A stretch of DNA of 20,000 nt. Source: an uncultured virus (IMG/VR IMGVR_UViG_3300025821_000011) (Duplodnaviria; Heunggongvirae; Uroviricota; Caudoviricetes; Crassvirales). The translations under genes and the position numbers were made by a program. Shown here in pieces: positions 1-8,140 of this stretch (position 1 is its first letter; every line of letters begins with the position of its first letter). The DNA lies in IMG/VR virus record IMGVR_UViG_3300025821_000011, one strand, 5' to 3'. Under the pieces are notes generated by a model. That model searched no databases. It saw only the letters and a program-made list of their open reading frames with translations, and was not told the origin of the DNA.

Positions 1-543
1 GCTTTGCTTAGTTGTCATTTGTAAATGAACATCTAACTCTTCTTTGTTTTCAGGTAAATCTTCTAAGTTTCCAGTACGCGCCATGTCTATATTCATAGCT
101 TGTTTGATATTTTGCAACATAATTTTGTTGTTCATATCTTCTTCCACTGCTGCAGCGTATTCAGTTCTGCTCTTTACAGAAAACGGATCTTGCGCAAAAG
201 CACTTATTTCGTAAGTCTTGTTAGACATACCGTTTACAACGATATCTACAAACTTTGATATTACTGGTATAGGCTTCCAATCTAAATTAAGATAAGACAA
301 GTCACCATTTATAGATAATTCATCTTTGTATTTTTGTACTGACTGCTCGCCTCTGGCGTATAACCGTAGTGTGTGAAAACTATTCCAATTGTTTAAATAT
401 CTATTACCATTACCTCTTCCTTGATTGAACCACTCTTGTTCAATAGCTCTAGAGACTTGTAAGCCATAATCGTAACTAGCTTTTACTTCGTCGCTAACAA
501 CTTGGTTAGGGAAAGAACTATCGGTATTTGTTTGTATTTTCAT
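1..543 (-). CDS. Portal protein (N-terminal part; runs off the window edge)
   Basis: Not in the ORF track. ATG at 543 abuts the terL stop and reads MKIQTNTDSSFPNQVVSDEVK...LRLYARGEQSVQKYKDELSINGDLSYLNLDWKPIPVISKFVDIVVNGM. I recognise this N-terminus from portal proteins of Bacteroidetes phages, and the position right after terL fits. Confidence 0.8.
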   Translation of the reverse strand, partial: MKIQTNTDSSFPNQVVSDEVKASYDYGLQVSRAIEQEWFNQGRGNGNRYLNNWNSFHTLRLYARGEQSVQKYKDELSINGDLSYLNLDWKPIPVISKFVDIVVNGMSNKTYEISAFAQDPFSVKSRTEYAAAVEEDMNNKIMLQNIKQAMNIDMARTGNLEDLPENKEELDVHLQMTTKQS

Positions 544-2754
544 TTATCTTAATATTTTAGACGAAGAACCTCTATTGTCATATCTTTTAATTCCTAAATC
601 GTAAACTTTCTTTTGCACTGGACTAACTGGTGAATATAAATTTTTATTACAAGCCATTATAGCAAGTCCTGAACTTATAGAAGCATCATGCTTTGTCCTA
701 TTGTTTATATTAAATTTACCCCAATCTTCTAATGTTCTTTGGAAATACATATCTCCATAACCAGCTTCTGTTTGCCCAACACAAGTTTCTATATAAGATT
801 CTATAGCTGCAGCGTGCGCTTGTTTTATATCCTCACTTGAATTAGGTATTCCACCTATTTCTCTTTCAGTTACAGATAATTTGTTTAATCTTTTATCAGG
901 TCTGTTCATTGAAAAACCTCTATAGCCTCTTCTTTTAAAATGATACAGTAACCTAGGTTTGTTATTTTCAGCAAGTATTGGCATTCCGTAAAATACACAA
1001 GCCATTAATACGTCTTCAAAAAATATCTCAGCGGTTTGTGGTCTAGCTATATATTCTAAAAAGAATCTATTAGGTGGAACATCTTCCATACTAAACTTTG
1101 TTAAACCGTGCAAAGCTCCATTAGATCCTCTTTTATCAACGGTTCCAGATATATCATAACTGTCACACCCGAAGGCACCACAGTGATCGTTACCAGGATA
1201 TTTTACACCGCCTTTTACAACAACTCTATTTTGAAGTCCTACATGAGGAACCCAGCTAACATTAAACCTACCGTTTTTATTTGGTACAAAAACAACCTTA
1301 GTATCTTTGATACCGTTTTCCCACATAAAACTTCCTGTGGTTATTATAGCTGTATTTCTTAAGTCTTCGTTATAATCTATTTGTTCGTATATCTTTGTTA
1401 AATTAAACAGAGATTGTTTTGCTTCGTCTCTAAAAGCATGTTGTTCCGTTCTTGGAAACTGACGATAGTATTCGTTTAAACCATCTTGATCTCCTTTTAA
1501 TCCTTCTACTTCATTACCCCAATAATCAATTACGCCTTGAGTTATTAGCGACCCATCGGGGCCTTCGGTTTGTTTTTTTGGTTTTTCAAATACAGGAAAT
1601 CCATAAGAATCAATGTATCCTTCGTAGTTCCATTCCATAGGTATGAACAAACTATAGAGTCCTGAACGAGTCTGTCCGTTGGCGTTTCTTTTTGTTGCGT
1701 CGGAATCATAATATAATTTTTTAAAATTCTCACCACCTTTATCTAAAGCGTTTGATGTTGATCCCATCATACACTTACCTATAATTCTCGAACCTAGTCT
1801 TAAACAAGTTTTAGTTACCCTCCAGTTGTTTAATATATTTGTTGGTCTTTCCCACTTTCCACTTTCATCGTGTACTAGTAGTTTTAATTTTTCACCATCG
1901 TACGAGTTGTCCCCCGTGTTTTTCCAGTCGATCGTTGTATCGAGACCCGTGATCTCTTGTAGCTTTTCATTGGAGTCAAGTTTTTTACGGGTAAATTTGG
2001 ACGCTGGTACCCTGTATGCAAGTTCCGTCTTCGGCCTGTCCATTCCGTCTTGGACTGGTTTAAAGAAAAAAGGATAGTTGACTGAGATGGGGACGACCTT
2101 ATCAGTAAACATCTTTTTGGCATCTGGCCCGGACTTTGAAAGAATACCAAATCGTGAATCTGTGGATATTGTTGCCTGGTTAACTGTCTCACCTGACGCC
2201 ATGAAAGAGAAACCTGATCGTCTGTTCTTAAGATAACACATTCCGTAGGATCGTACATCTGCTTTACAAGCTTCCCAGAATATAAAGAATAATCTGTTTG
2301 ATTCCCTAAAATCTGGTTGCCCAACATCAATCTTGGACCACTGCAAGTACATGTAGTGAGTACCAGTAATATAAGAAGGCTTGTCTTTGTTATAAAACCA
2401 AAAACCTTCTTCACGCCTTTTAAACTCTGTATCAATGTAGTCATACCATTTTTCTTTAAACTCAACTGGGTATTCATCCCAATCAAATACTGATTTAATT
2501 CTATTTAGTTCTTTTGGATATTCAGAATATTTCCATCTATTTCCATCAAAAGCAACTACGTCATCTTCTTTAGGAAGAGCTATCTTAACACCTTGTATTT
2601 CGTAAACCTCTCCTATTTGACCTGTTCTACTAATAACAACTACGTCATGTTCTTGGTTGTAGCCATACTCCCATTTCTTATACCTATTTAATCTTTTAAA
2701 TATAGTAGGCTTTATATGGTCTTTTAATATTTTTACTAAAGTTTGCTCGTACAT
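544..2754 (-). CDS. terL: Terminase large subunit
   Basis: 736 aa. Walker A-like LKNRRSGFS, Walker B LLVHDESGKW, coupling-motif-like MGST, and RNase H-like nuclease acidic motifs (FGCDSYD, KHDASISSG). Adjacent to the portal gene. Confidence 0.92.
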   Translation of the reverse strand: MYEQTLVKILKDHIKPTIFKRLNRYKKWEYGYNQEHDVVVISRTGQIGEVYEIQGVKIALPKEDDVVAFDGNRWKYSEYPKELNRIKSVFDWDEYPVEFKEKWYDYIDTEFKRREEGFWFYNKDKPSYITGTHYMYLQWSKIDVGQPDFRESNRLFFIFWEACKADVRSYGMCYLKNRRSGFSFMASGETVNQATISTDSRFGILSKSGPDAKKMFTDKVVPISVNYPFFFKPVQDGMDRPKTELAYRVPASKFTRKKLDSNEKLQEITGLDTTIDWKNTGDNSYDGEKLKLLVHDESGKWERPTNILNNWRVTKTCLRLGSRIIGKCMMGSTSNALDKGGENFKKLYYDSDATKRNANGQTRSGLYSLFIPMEWNYEGYIDSYGFPVFEKPKKQTEGPDGSLITQGVIDYWGNEVEGLKGDQDGLNEYYRQFPRTEQHAFRDEAKQSLFNLTKIYEQIDYNEDLRNTAIITTGSFMWENGIKDTKVVFVPNKNGRFNVSWVPHVGLQNRVVVKGGVKYPGNDHCGAFGCDSYDISGTVDKRGSNGALHGLTKFSMEDVPPNRFFLEYIARPQTAEIFFEDVLMACVFYGMPILAENNKPRLLYHFKRRGYRGFSMNRPDKRLNKLSVTEREIGGIPNSSEDIKQAHAAAIESYIETCVGQTEAGYGDMYFQRTLEDWGKFNINNRTKHDASISSGLAIMACNKNLYSPVSPVQKKVYDLGIKRYDNRGSSSKILR
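1884..2486 (-). CDS. Candidate overprinted gene in the +1 frame of terL; putative lipoprotein/secreted protein (possible starts TTG 2486, ATG 2444, GTG 2414)
   Basis: 200 stop-free codons in an AT-rich gene. From GTG 2414 it reads MKKVFGFITKTSLLILLVLTTCTCSG (basic n-region, hydrophobic h-region, Cys). terL codon choice shifts across the interval. Confidence 0.5.
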   Translation of the reverse strand: MIGMNTQLSLKKNGMTTLIQSLKGVKKVFGFITKTSLLILLVLTTCTCSGPRLMLGNQILGNQTDYSLYSGKLVKQMYDPTECVILRTDDQVSLSWRQVRQLTRQQYPQIHDLVFFQSPGQMPKRCLLIRSSPSQSTILFSLNQSKTEWTGRRRNLHTGYQRPNLPVKNLTPMKSYKRSRVSIQRSTGKTRGTTRTMVKN

Positions 2755-3029
2755 TACCTAGATCTCCCTTCTGCAAAACCCCTAAAAGCTTTTTCTCCCG
2801 TAGCTTCTTTTGGTTTGTCATTTAGTTTTTCTTCTTCTTCTTCTATTCTAGTAAGTATTTCAAAGGCATCGAATATAGCTAGTTTTTTTGTAGCTGCAGC
2901 GTTTTTTAATCTGTCAGCAGATATATCATCATCAGAATCAATAATAGCTTCCTTAGCTACCTTAATTAATTCTTCAACTGCTACATGCCCAGCTTGGATT
3001 ATATTCTTCTTCGTTTCCTTTGTGTTCAT
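2754..3029 (-). CDS. Putative terminase small subunit / conserved phage protein
   Basis: 91 aa, helical-looking; stop overlaps the terL ATG (translational coupling). Function inferred from position only. Confidence 0.45.
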   Translation of the reverse strand: MNTKETKKNIIQAGHVAVEELIKVAKEAIIDSDDDISADRLKNAAATKKLAIFDAFEILTRIEEEEEKLNDKPKEATGEKAFRGFAEGRSR

Positions 3030-3579
3030 ACTTAATTACAATATCATTAGATTTCATACAATAAACTCTCTGATCATCTATAATAAAATCCCATTCACTG
3101 CCTGGAGTAAATCCAATCGTGTCCCCTGGGTTGATATTAAGTGCTTTTAACGAACTATTACCGATTTTTAGTATACCAATAAGTTCTTGCTCTTTTTGTG
3201 ACCTTAAAGTGTCTTTGTTTTTCAAAGGCATTACAAAGCATCTGTCGCCAAATGATTTCCAATCCCCGGTATTCTTATACAAATATATTTGATCTGCTGA
3301 ACAAAAATATAAATCATCATTAAAGTATGATCTACTTTTTTTCTTATTACCTCGGATATCATAAAAAACTCTAAATACATTATGATGTATTATTATTATG
3401 TCTCCTTTTTTAATATCTGTTTTAAAAGCTTTTGGAGTTTCAACTACTATAGCTAAATTATTAACTGCTTTAAAGTTTTCAATTTTAGTGTTTAGTATTA
3501 GTGTAACGTCTCCTAGCTTTATTTCGTTGTCATATTTATCACCAAGCGGCTTGACGATAAAATCATATAGACTTCTCAT
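2974..3579 (-). CDS. GroES-like protein with two tandem co-chaperonin-like domains
   Basis: Both halves follow the GroES pattern: SLYDFIVKP...IKKGDIIII...LYFCSADQI and GDRCFVMP...INPGDTIGF...IIDDQRVYCMKSNDIV (compare GroES DRVIV...VKVGDIVIF...IDNEEVLIMSESDIL). Confidence 0.6.
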   Translation of the reverse strand: MRSLYDFIVKPLGDKYDNEIKLGDVTLILNTKIENFKAVNNLAIVVETPKAFKTDIKKGDIIIIHHNVFRVFYDIRGNKKKSRSYFNDDLYFCSADQIYLYKNTGDWKSFGDRCFVMPLKNKDTLRSQKEQELIGILKIGNSSLKALNINPGDTIGFTPGSEWDFIIDDQRVYCMKSNDIVIKYEHKGNEEEYNPSWACSS

Positions 3580-3807
3580 TTAATATTCTAAATCATATTC
3601 AACGGATATTGCCATGTTAGGATTAAACTTTTTCCATGGCATTACCTCATCTCCTTTTCTTATATAAATACTGTAAGAATTAGATTGTTCATCATGTAAG
3701 ATGCAATCTATAGTATGTCCACCATAAACGCTTTGACCTACAGAGTAGTGCATTGCGTCGTTCTTATAGTCGGAGCCTATACTTATTTTCCTTACAACAG
3801 AGCTCAT
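3580..3807 (-). CDS. Hypothetical phage protein
   Basis: 75 aa, tightly packed between neighbours (abutting or overlapping start/stop). Confidence 0.75.
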   Translation of the reverse strand: MSSVVRKISIGSDYKNDAMHYSVGQSVYGGHTIDCILHDEQSNSYSIYIRKGDEVMPWKKFNPNMAISVEYDLEY

Positions 3808-4070
3808 TACTTTACTATCTCAAGTACTTCTGCTTCTTCTACTTCTGCTTCTACTTTTTCAAAACTACCATCAGCCAAGTTTACAGTTATGTCACCATAC
3901 TCTTCTTTTAATTCTGATTTAACTTCTTCTAAAGCTTTTACTGCCTCGAAGTGCGCTCCTAAAAATTCTGCTTTTCTAGCTTCTAAAAAACCAATCTCTA
4001 CTAATATAGAATTGATTTTTCCTTGACCTTCTTTTACTGACTTCAATTGTTCATCTGTTAATTTACCCAT
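3807..4070 (-). CDS. Hypothetical acidic coiled-coil protein
   Basis: 87 aa with heptad-like Leu/Glu/Lys pattern; A-rich leader AATTAAATTAAATAAAATG. Confidence 0.75.
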   Translation of the reverse strand: MGKLTDEQLKSVKEGQGKINSILVEIGFLEARKAEFLGAHFEAVKALEEVKSELKEEYGDITVNLADGSFEKVEAEVEEAEVLEIVK

Positions 4071-4091
4071 TTTATTTAATTTAATTGGTTA

Positions 4092-4125
4092 CTGTTATTA
4101 CTATTATTACTTGTTTTTTATCTTT
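4092..4125 (-). promoter_or_regulatory. Putative late promoter motif (A-run then GTAATAATA)
   Basis: Minus strand reads AAAAAACAAGTAATAATAG in one of the few intergenic gaps; GTAATAATA recurs upstream of groEL. Confidence 0.35.
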
Positions 4126-4527
4126 TTACTTTTTAAATAGCGGCCCTAGCTTGTCTACTATTTTTTCACCACTTCTACCGATTACATAACCCCCAATACC
4201 TATTTCCAATAAGCTCCAGAATTCTGGTTCTAAAACAGGTGTTATTAAGTGTGCTGATAACTGTGATATGAATTTTGTATATATAATTATAAAACCAAAT
4301 GAAAGCATTAGTATTGGTCTCCAGCTTCTTTGCAACCAATTACCTTTAGCTTCAGCTACAATAATTTCTGTTTGCATTTTCTGCAATTCTAACTGAGCAT
4401 CTTGTAATACTTTAAATATTTGATTTCTAGCATTTAATCTTTCCTCTTCGCTAGTGAATAGTTTATCAACTACATCACCTACTTGTTTAAATACTTTAGT
4501 GCTGAAAAATTCTAATATTTTTTTCAT
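4126..4527 (-). CDS. Putative holin (3TM / GTA-holin-like family)
   Basis: 133 aa; N-terminal coiled coil, signature AEAKGNWLQRSWRP, hydrophobic segments, and C-terminal GGYVIGRSGEK typical of that family. Confidence 0.75.
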   Translation of the reverse strand: MKKILEFFSTKVFKQVGDVVDKLFTSEEERLNARNQIFKVLQDAQLELQKMQTEIIVAEAKGNWLQRSWRPILMLSFGFIIIYTKFISQLSAHLITPVLEPEFWSLLEIGIGGYVIGRSGEKIVDKLGPLFKK

Positions 4528-4835
4528 TATGCTTTTTTATATGCCTCTGCCTCCCAGGGTAAGTTTTTAGCTCCTTCTTTCATTTGAGCTCTTGAATACT
4601 TTTTACCTTTCCAATACACATTGTTGTCATCGTAATCTAAATCACCACGTTTCATTTGATCTATGTGTATCTTTTCGTGGTTTACAACACCTTCTAACAT
4701 AGCTGGTGAAAGATTTTTGTTTACTATAATAGTACCGTTATTATTAGCTTTTCCTAAAACTCCGTCTTCCATATCTACGCTATAAATAGGTGTGTTATCT
4801 ATAGCGTATGGAGGATTTTGTAATTTAAAAGACAT
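4527..4835 (-). CDS. Small zincin-like (HExxH) putative metallopeptidase
   Basis: 102 aa containing VNHEKIHIDQ with a downstream WEAEAY glutamate motif. Confidence 0.6.
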   Translation of the reverse strand: MSFKLQNPPYAIDNTPIYSVDMEDGVLGKANNNGTIIVNKNLSPAMLEGVVNHEKIHIDQMKRGDLDYDDNNVYWKGKKYSRAQMKEGAKNLPWEAEAYKKA

Positions 4836-4839
4836 TAAC

Positions 4840-5004
4840 TTATTTCTTAACGTGCTTAGACATCCATGAACCTCCCATGTTAAGAGGTGATTTACCTAAC
4901 TCAGAACCATATCCTTTGTTAAGATTTTTAATAGCGGATGCTTTGTCTGCTATTGCATTGTCTTTAATCAAGTCTTTCTTTTCTTGTTTGTTGTAATTTT
5001 TCAT
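4840..5004 (-). CDS. Hypothetical 54-aa basic protein
   Basis: Below the track cutoff; manual translation MKNYNKQEKKDLIKDNAIADKASAIKNLNKGYGSELGKSPLNMGGSWMSKHVKK fills the gap between genes. Confidence 0.65.
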   Translation of the reverse strand: MKNYNKQEKKDLIKDNAIADKASAIKNLNKGYGSELGKSPLNMGGSWMSKHVKK

Positions 5005-5014
5005 AATTATTTAT

Positions 5015-5296
5015 TTACTTTTTAGATTTATTTTTTTGACAAAAACTGCTTGCAGCACCAACGCTACCAAAACCCCATTTTTTTAAAGCCATTGCTTTTT
5101 TAGTAGGCTCTCCTTTTGAATCTTTCATAGCTCCTTTCATACCAGCAAATCTACAAGCAAAAGAAACTCTACGAGGGCTTGTGCCACTTGTGAGTCTTTT
5201 ACCCATACCTGGATTTTCTTTTCGCATTTTTCTATTCTGCTTTTCGTAAGCTGCTTCTTTTATTTGAAACGGTGAGTTTGAGTTTGTACGTTGCAT
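5015..5296 (-). CDS. Small basic conserved phage protein
   Basis: 93 aa, Lys/Arg-rich; RRVSFACRFAGM...ALKKWG resembles a widespread phage domain of unknown function. Confidence 0.7.
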   Translation of the reverse strand: MQRTNSNSPFQIKEAAYEKQNRKMRKENPGMGKRLTSGTSPRRVSFACRFAGMKGAMKDSKGEPTKKAMALKKWGFGSVGAASSFCQKNKSKK

Positions 5297-5298
5297 AA

Positions 5299-5463
5299 TT
5301 ATTTATCTTTTTTTTCTTCATCTTTTAATCCAACCCATTTGGACAAAGTATAACCTATACTGACTAATAATAGCAGTACTTTTAAATAGTTCTCAATGTT
5401 AGTCATACTAACGGATAATGCGGTTATGTTTAAAGCGTATAGTTTTATGTCTCCTATGTTCAT
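5299..5463 (-). CDS. Small membrane protein, possible second holin/antiholin
   Basis: Manual translation, 54 aa: MNIGDIKLYALNITALSVSMTNIENYLKVLLLLVSIGYTLSKWVGLKDEEKKDK. Hydrophobic segments plus a charged C-tail; start overlaps the upstream stop. Confidence 0.6.
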   Translation of the reverse strand: MNIGDIKLYALNITALSVSMTNIENYLKVLLLLVSIGYTLSKWVGLKDEEKKDK

Positions 5464-5651
5464 TACATAGAACCTTTAGCAATCTGAGTAATAGGTCCTT
5501 TTATAGAGCTACATCCACAATGTGCTTTAGATAATTCCATGCCGTATTTTCCAGAACTAGATCCTTTACCTTTTGGCAATGCGTCTAAATCTAACGGTCC
5601 ATCCCATATAGCGTTCTGCCCTACTGATGCTTTGTTTTTATAGTCTTTCAT
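5463..5651 (-). CDS. Hypothetical protein (62 aa)
   Basis: Track ORF 5463..5705 trimmed to ATG 5651 (MKDYKNKAS...), which removes the overlap with the upstream gene and has an A-rich leader. Confidence 0.65.
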   Translation of the reverse strand: MKDYKNKASVGQNAIWDGPLDLDALPKGKGSSSGKYGMELSKAHCGCSSIKGPITQIAKGSM

Positions 5652-5661
5652 GTTTTTATAT

Positions 5662-5916
5662 TTAAAATTGTTCGAAATCTTCTTTTTGCACACCAGGCTC
5701 TCCATTATGCATAGGATCTAACTTAGCAAAAGGTGTTATTTGCCTTTGAGGCATGGTTGCTTGTCTTTGATCAACTGTATCAAATATATACTCAGCATTA
5801 CCTGCTTGGTTAGGATTAAAAACTGGTTTAGCAGCACCTAATTCATTAGAGGGCGTTGGAACACCTGGATTTTGGAATATTGGTTGACCCAATATAGATT
5901 CATCTTGTTTTATCAT
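5662..5916 (-). CDS. Hypothetical Pro/Gln-rich protein
   Basis: 84 aa ORF in the co-oriented gene train. Confidence 0.6.
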   Translation of the reverse strand: MIKQDESILGQPIFQNPGVPTPSNELGAAKPVFNPNQAGNAEYIFDTVDQRQATMPQRQITPFAKLDPMHNGEPGVQKEDFEQF

Positions 5917-6340
5917 TGTTTACATTCTTTATAGAAACACTTAGCACTTTATCAGTATAAGTATCCCCCTTCATTATTTTATTTCTTCTACCAGTTGGTA
6001 TATCTTCTGTACCGAGCATCATTCTGTACAACCTACTTATAAGTTGCTTACCTTTAAAGGATACTTTATATATATGATATTTCTGTGTAGTATGATTTCT
6101 TTTTCTCCAAACAACTATCCAACCTTCTTTCAATAATCTATTCCATCTTCTATTATCCCAACTATATGAAAAACAACCTGTTTTAAAATCTTGTTTAGTA
6201 AACATGTCCAAACAATCAAGGTATATTAACAATTCTAAATCAGCGTCGTTTAAATCATTATTTCTGCATGCCCACTTACGTATTATTCTGTAGTGCTTTA
6301 ATAATCCTAATTTTTTAACGTCACTGGCTTCTATTCTCAT
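5900..6340 (-). CDS. Putative winged-helix (MarR-like) DNA-binding protein
   Basis: 146 aa, basic; LNDADLELLIYL...RLLKEGWIVV...YKVSFKGKQL follows a MarR-type wHTH pattern. Confidence 0.5.
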   Translation of the reverse strand: MRIEASDVKKLGLLKHYRIIRKWACRNNDLNDADLELLIYLDCLDMFTKQDFKTGCFSYSWDNRRWNRLLKEGWIVVWRKRNHTTQKYHIYKVSFKGKQLISRLYRMMLGTEDIPTGRRNKIMKGDTYTDKVLSVSIKNVNNDKTR

Positions 6341-6603
6341 AAAACTACAACTATATCTTGCATTTTTATAACTTGATACGGATCACCGTTTATTTCTATG
6401 ATATGACCGGCATGTCTGTCGTAATATATTAAATCACCTTCTTTCATACCAGCATTAATAGCTTCTTCCCCTGGAGATACTACAGATGCTTTAATGTACC
6501 TGATATCTTCTCTTTGTTTTTCAGCTAAAAGTAATCCTCCCTTTGTAGGAGTTATACCTTCTTTTTCTTTCTTTATTATTAAGTTTCTACCTATCGCCTT
6601 CAT
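6337..6603 (-). CDS. groES: Co-chaperonin GroES
   Basis: 88 aa; MKAIGRNLII, mobile loop TKGGLLL, MKEGDLIYY, YQVIKMQDIV. Confidence 0.9.
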   Translation of the reverse strand: MKAIGRNLIIKKEKEGITPTKGGLLLAEKQREDIRYIKASVVSPGEEAINAGMKEGDLIYYDRHAGHIIEINGDPYQVIKMQDIVVVL

Positions 6604-8140
6604 TTGCTCTTAAATTATTAATTACACAATCAGTTGATAATATCGTAGTAGCTACAGACGCAGCGTTTCTTAATGCACTCTTGGTTACCATAAGCGGATC
6701 TATTATTCCTTGATCCACCATATTTACAGGTTTACCTGTTAAAGCGTTTAATCCAATTCCTTCGTCTTGTATATCAGACATTTCTATTCCAGCGTTTTCT
6801 AATATTGTAAAGTAAGGAGCTTGTATTGCTTTTAACAAAACTTTTTCTCCTATATTTTTAGCTATTAGCTTTTGACCTGCATTTAGTAATGCAACACCTC
6901 CACCTGGAACAATACCTTCTTTAACAGCCGCTTTCGTGGCGCAGATAGCATCTTCTACCCTGTCTGTTTTTTCTTTTAACTCTACTTCAGAGTTTGCACC
7001 AACTTTAACCACCGCAATTTTAGCAGTTAGCATTGATAATCTTTTTTCAAGCTTTATAACTTCCCAACTTTTAAGCGTGTTATTTGTAAGCTTTTCTTTT
7101 ATACTACGTATTACATCCTTTATCTTTTCGGATGCCTCAGAGACTGTTATAACAGTGTCCTCGTGAGACGTAACACTTTTTAGACAAGAACCTAAATAAT
7201 CTAAATCAATAGAATCTGCATCATCTCCTAAATCTTCATTAAATATTGTGGCACCTGTTAGTAAAGAAAGGTCTTCAAGAACTTCTCTCTTACTTATACC
7301 GTAAGTTGGAGCGTTAATTACATTAACTTTTAAGTTCCCTTTCTTCTTATTTGTAGCTAGAGTTGATAAAACACCTTCTTCTAAGTCGCCTATTATAAGC
7401 AAAGGTTTGTTGTTTTTTATTACGTACTCCAGCACTTTTTGTATATCTCTTATAGTGTTAACTGGTGATTCCATTATTAACACTAACGGGTTTTCTAATT
7501 CCGCTGTTTTTGTTTGAGGGTTTGTAATGAAATGAGAATTTGTTAAACCTTTGTCATAAGGAACTCCTTCAATTAATTCAGAAACAGTTTTACCGTCACC
7601 GGCAGTTTCCATCATTACAATACCTGTATTATCTACAGATCTAAAAGCGTCTGCTATAATAGATCCTAGTTCATTGTCATTATTTACCGATATAGAAGCT
7701 ATGTGATCTAACATGTTACCTTTAACATCGGTAGCTATAGTATCTAAGTAATCTATAACTTTTTCTACAGCTGAATTTATACCGTCTTTAATTTCTCTAG
7801 AGTTTTTCTTTCCAGAAACAGCATAAGCTTCTTTTAATATAGAGTGAGCTAATACAGTAGCTGTTGTTGTTCCGTCACCGGCTTCTTGTACAGTTTTTCT
7901 AGCAGCTTCTTTTAATAAAGTAGATCCCATGTTTTCTACAGGGTCTAAAAGTATTATTGAATTTGCTACAGTTACACCGTCTTTTGTTATAATAGGGTTA
8001 CCTGCACTGTCTTCTAGCATTACGCATTTACCGCCAGCCCCTAGTGTAGAGCTAACGGCTTTTGCTAGTTTCTCTATACCTTTAAATACTTGATCTCTGG
8101 CGTCATCACCAAAGTTCAAGTTCTTGACAATTCCATTCAT
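6587..8140 (-). CDS. groEL: Chaperonin GroEL (phage-encoded)
   Basis: 517 aa; ITKDGVTVA, AGDGTTTATVLA, KVGANSEVELKEK, GIVPGGG, GIIDP; lacks the GGM tail. Confidence 0.97.
   Translation of the reverse strand: MNGIVKNLNFGDDARDQVFKGIEKLAKAVSSTLGAGGKCVMLEDSAGNPIITKDGVTVANSIILLDPVENMGSTLLKEAARKTVQEAGDGTTTATVLAHSILKEAYAVSGKKNSREIKDGINSAVEKVIDYLDTIATDVKGNMLDHIASISVNNDNELGSIIADAFRSVDNTGIVMMETAGDGKTVSELIEGVPYDKGLTNSHFITNPQTKTAELENPLVLIMESPVNTIRDIQKVLEYVIKNNKPLLIIGDLEEGVLSTLATNKKKGNLKVNVINAPTYGISKREVLEDLSLLTGATIFNEDLGDDADSIDLDYLGSCLKSVTSHEDTVITVSEASEKIKDVIRSIKEKLTNNTLKSWEVIKLEKRLSMLTAKIAVVKVGANSEVELKEKTDRVEDAICATKAAVKEGIVPGGGVALLNAGQKLIAKNIGEKVLLKAIQAPYFTILENAGIEMSDIQDEGIGLNALTGKPVNMVDQGIIDPLMVTKSALRNAASVATTILSTDCVINNLRANEGDR

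Noticed and set aside
1108..4026. Plus-strand ORFs antisense to terL and neighbours (1108, 1452, 1826, 2743, 3398, 3715)
   Set aside because: Antisense shadows of real genes with no recognisable motifs or expression signals.
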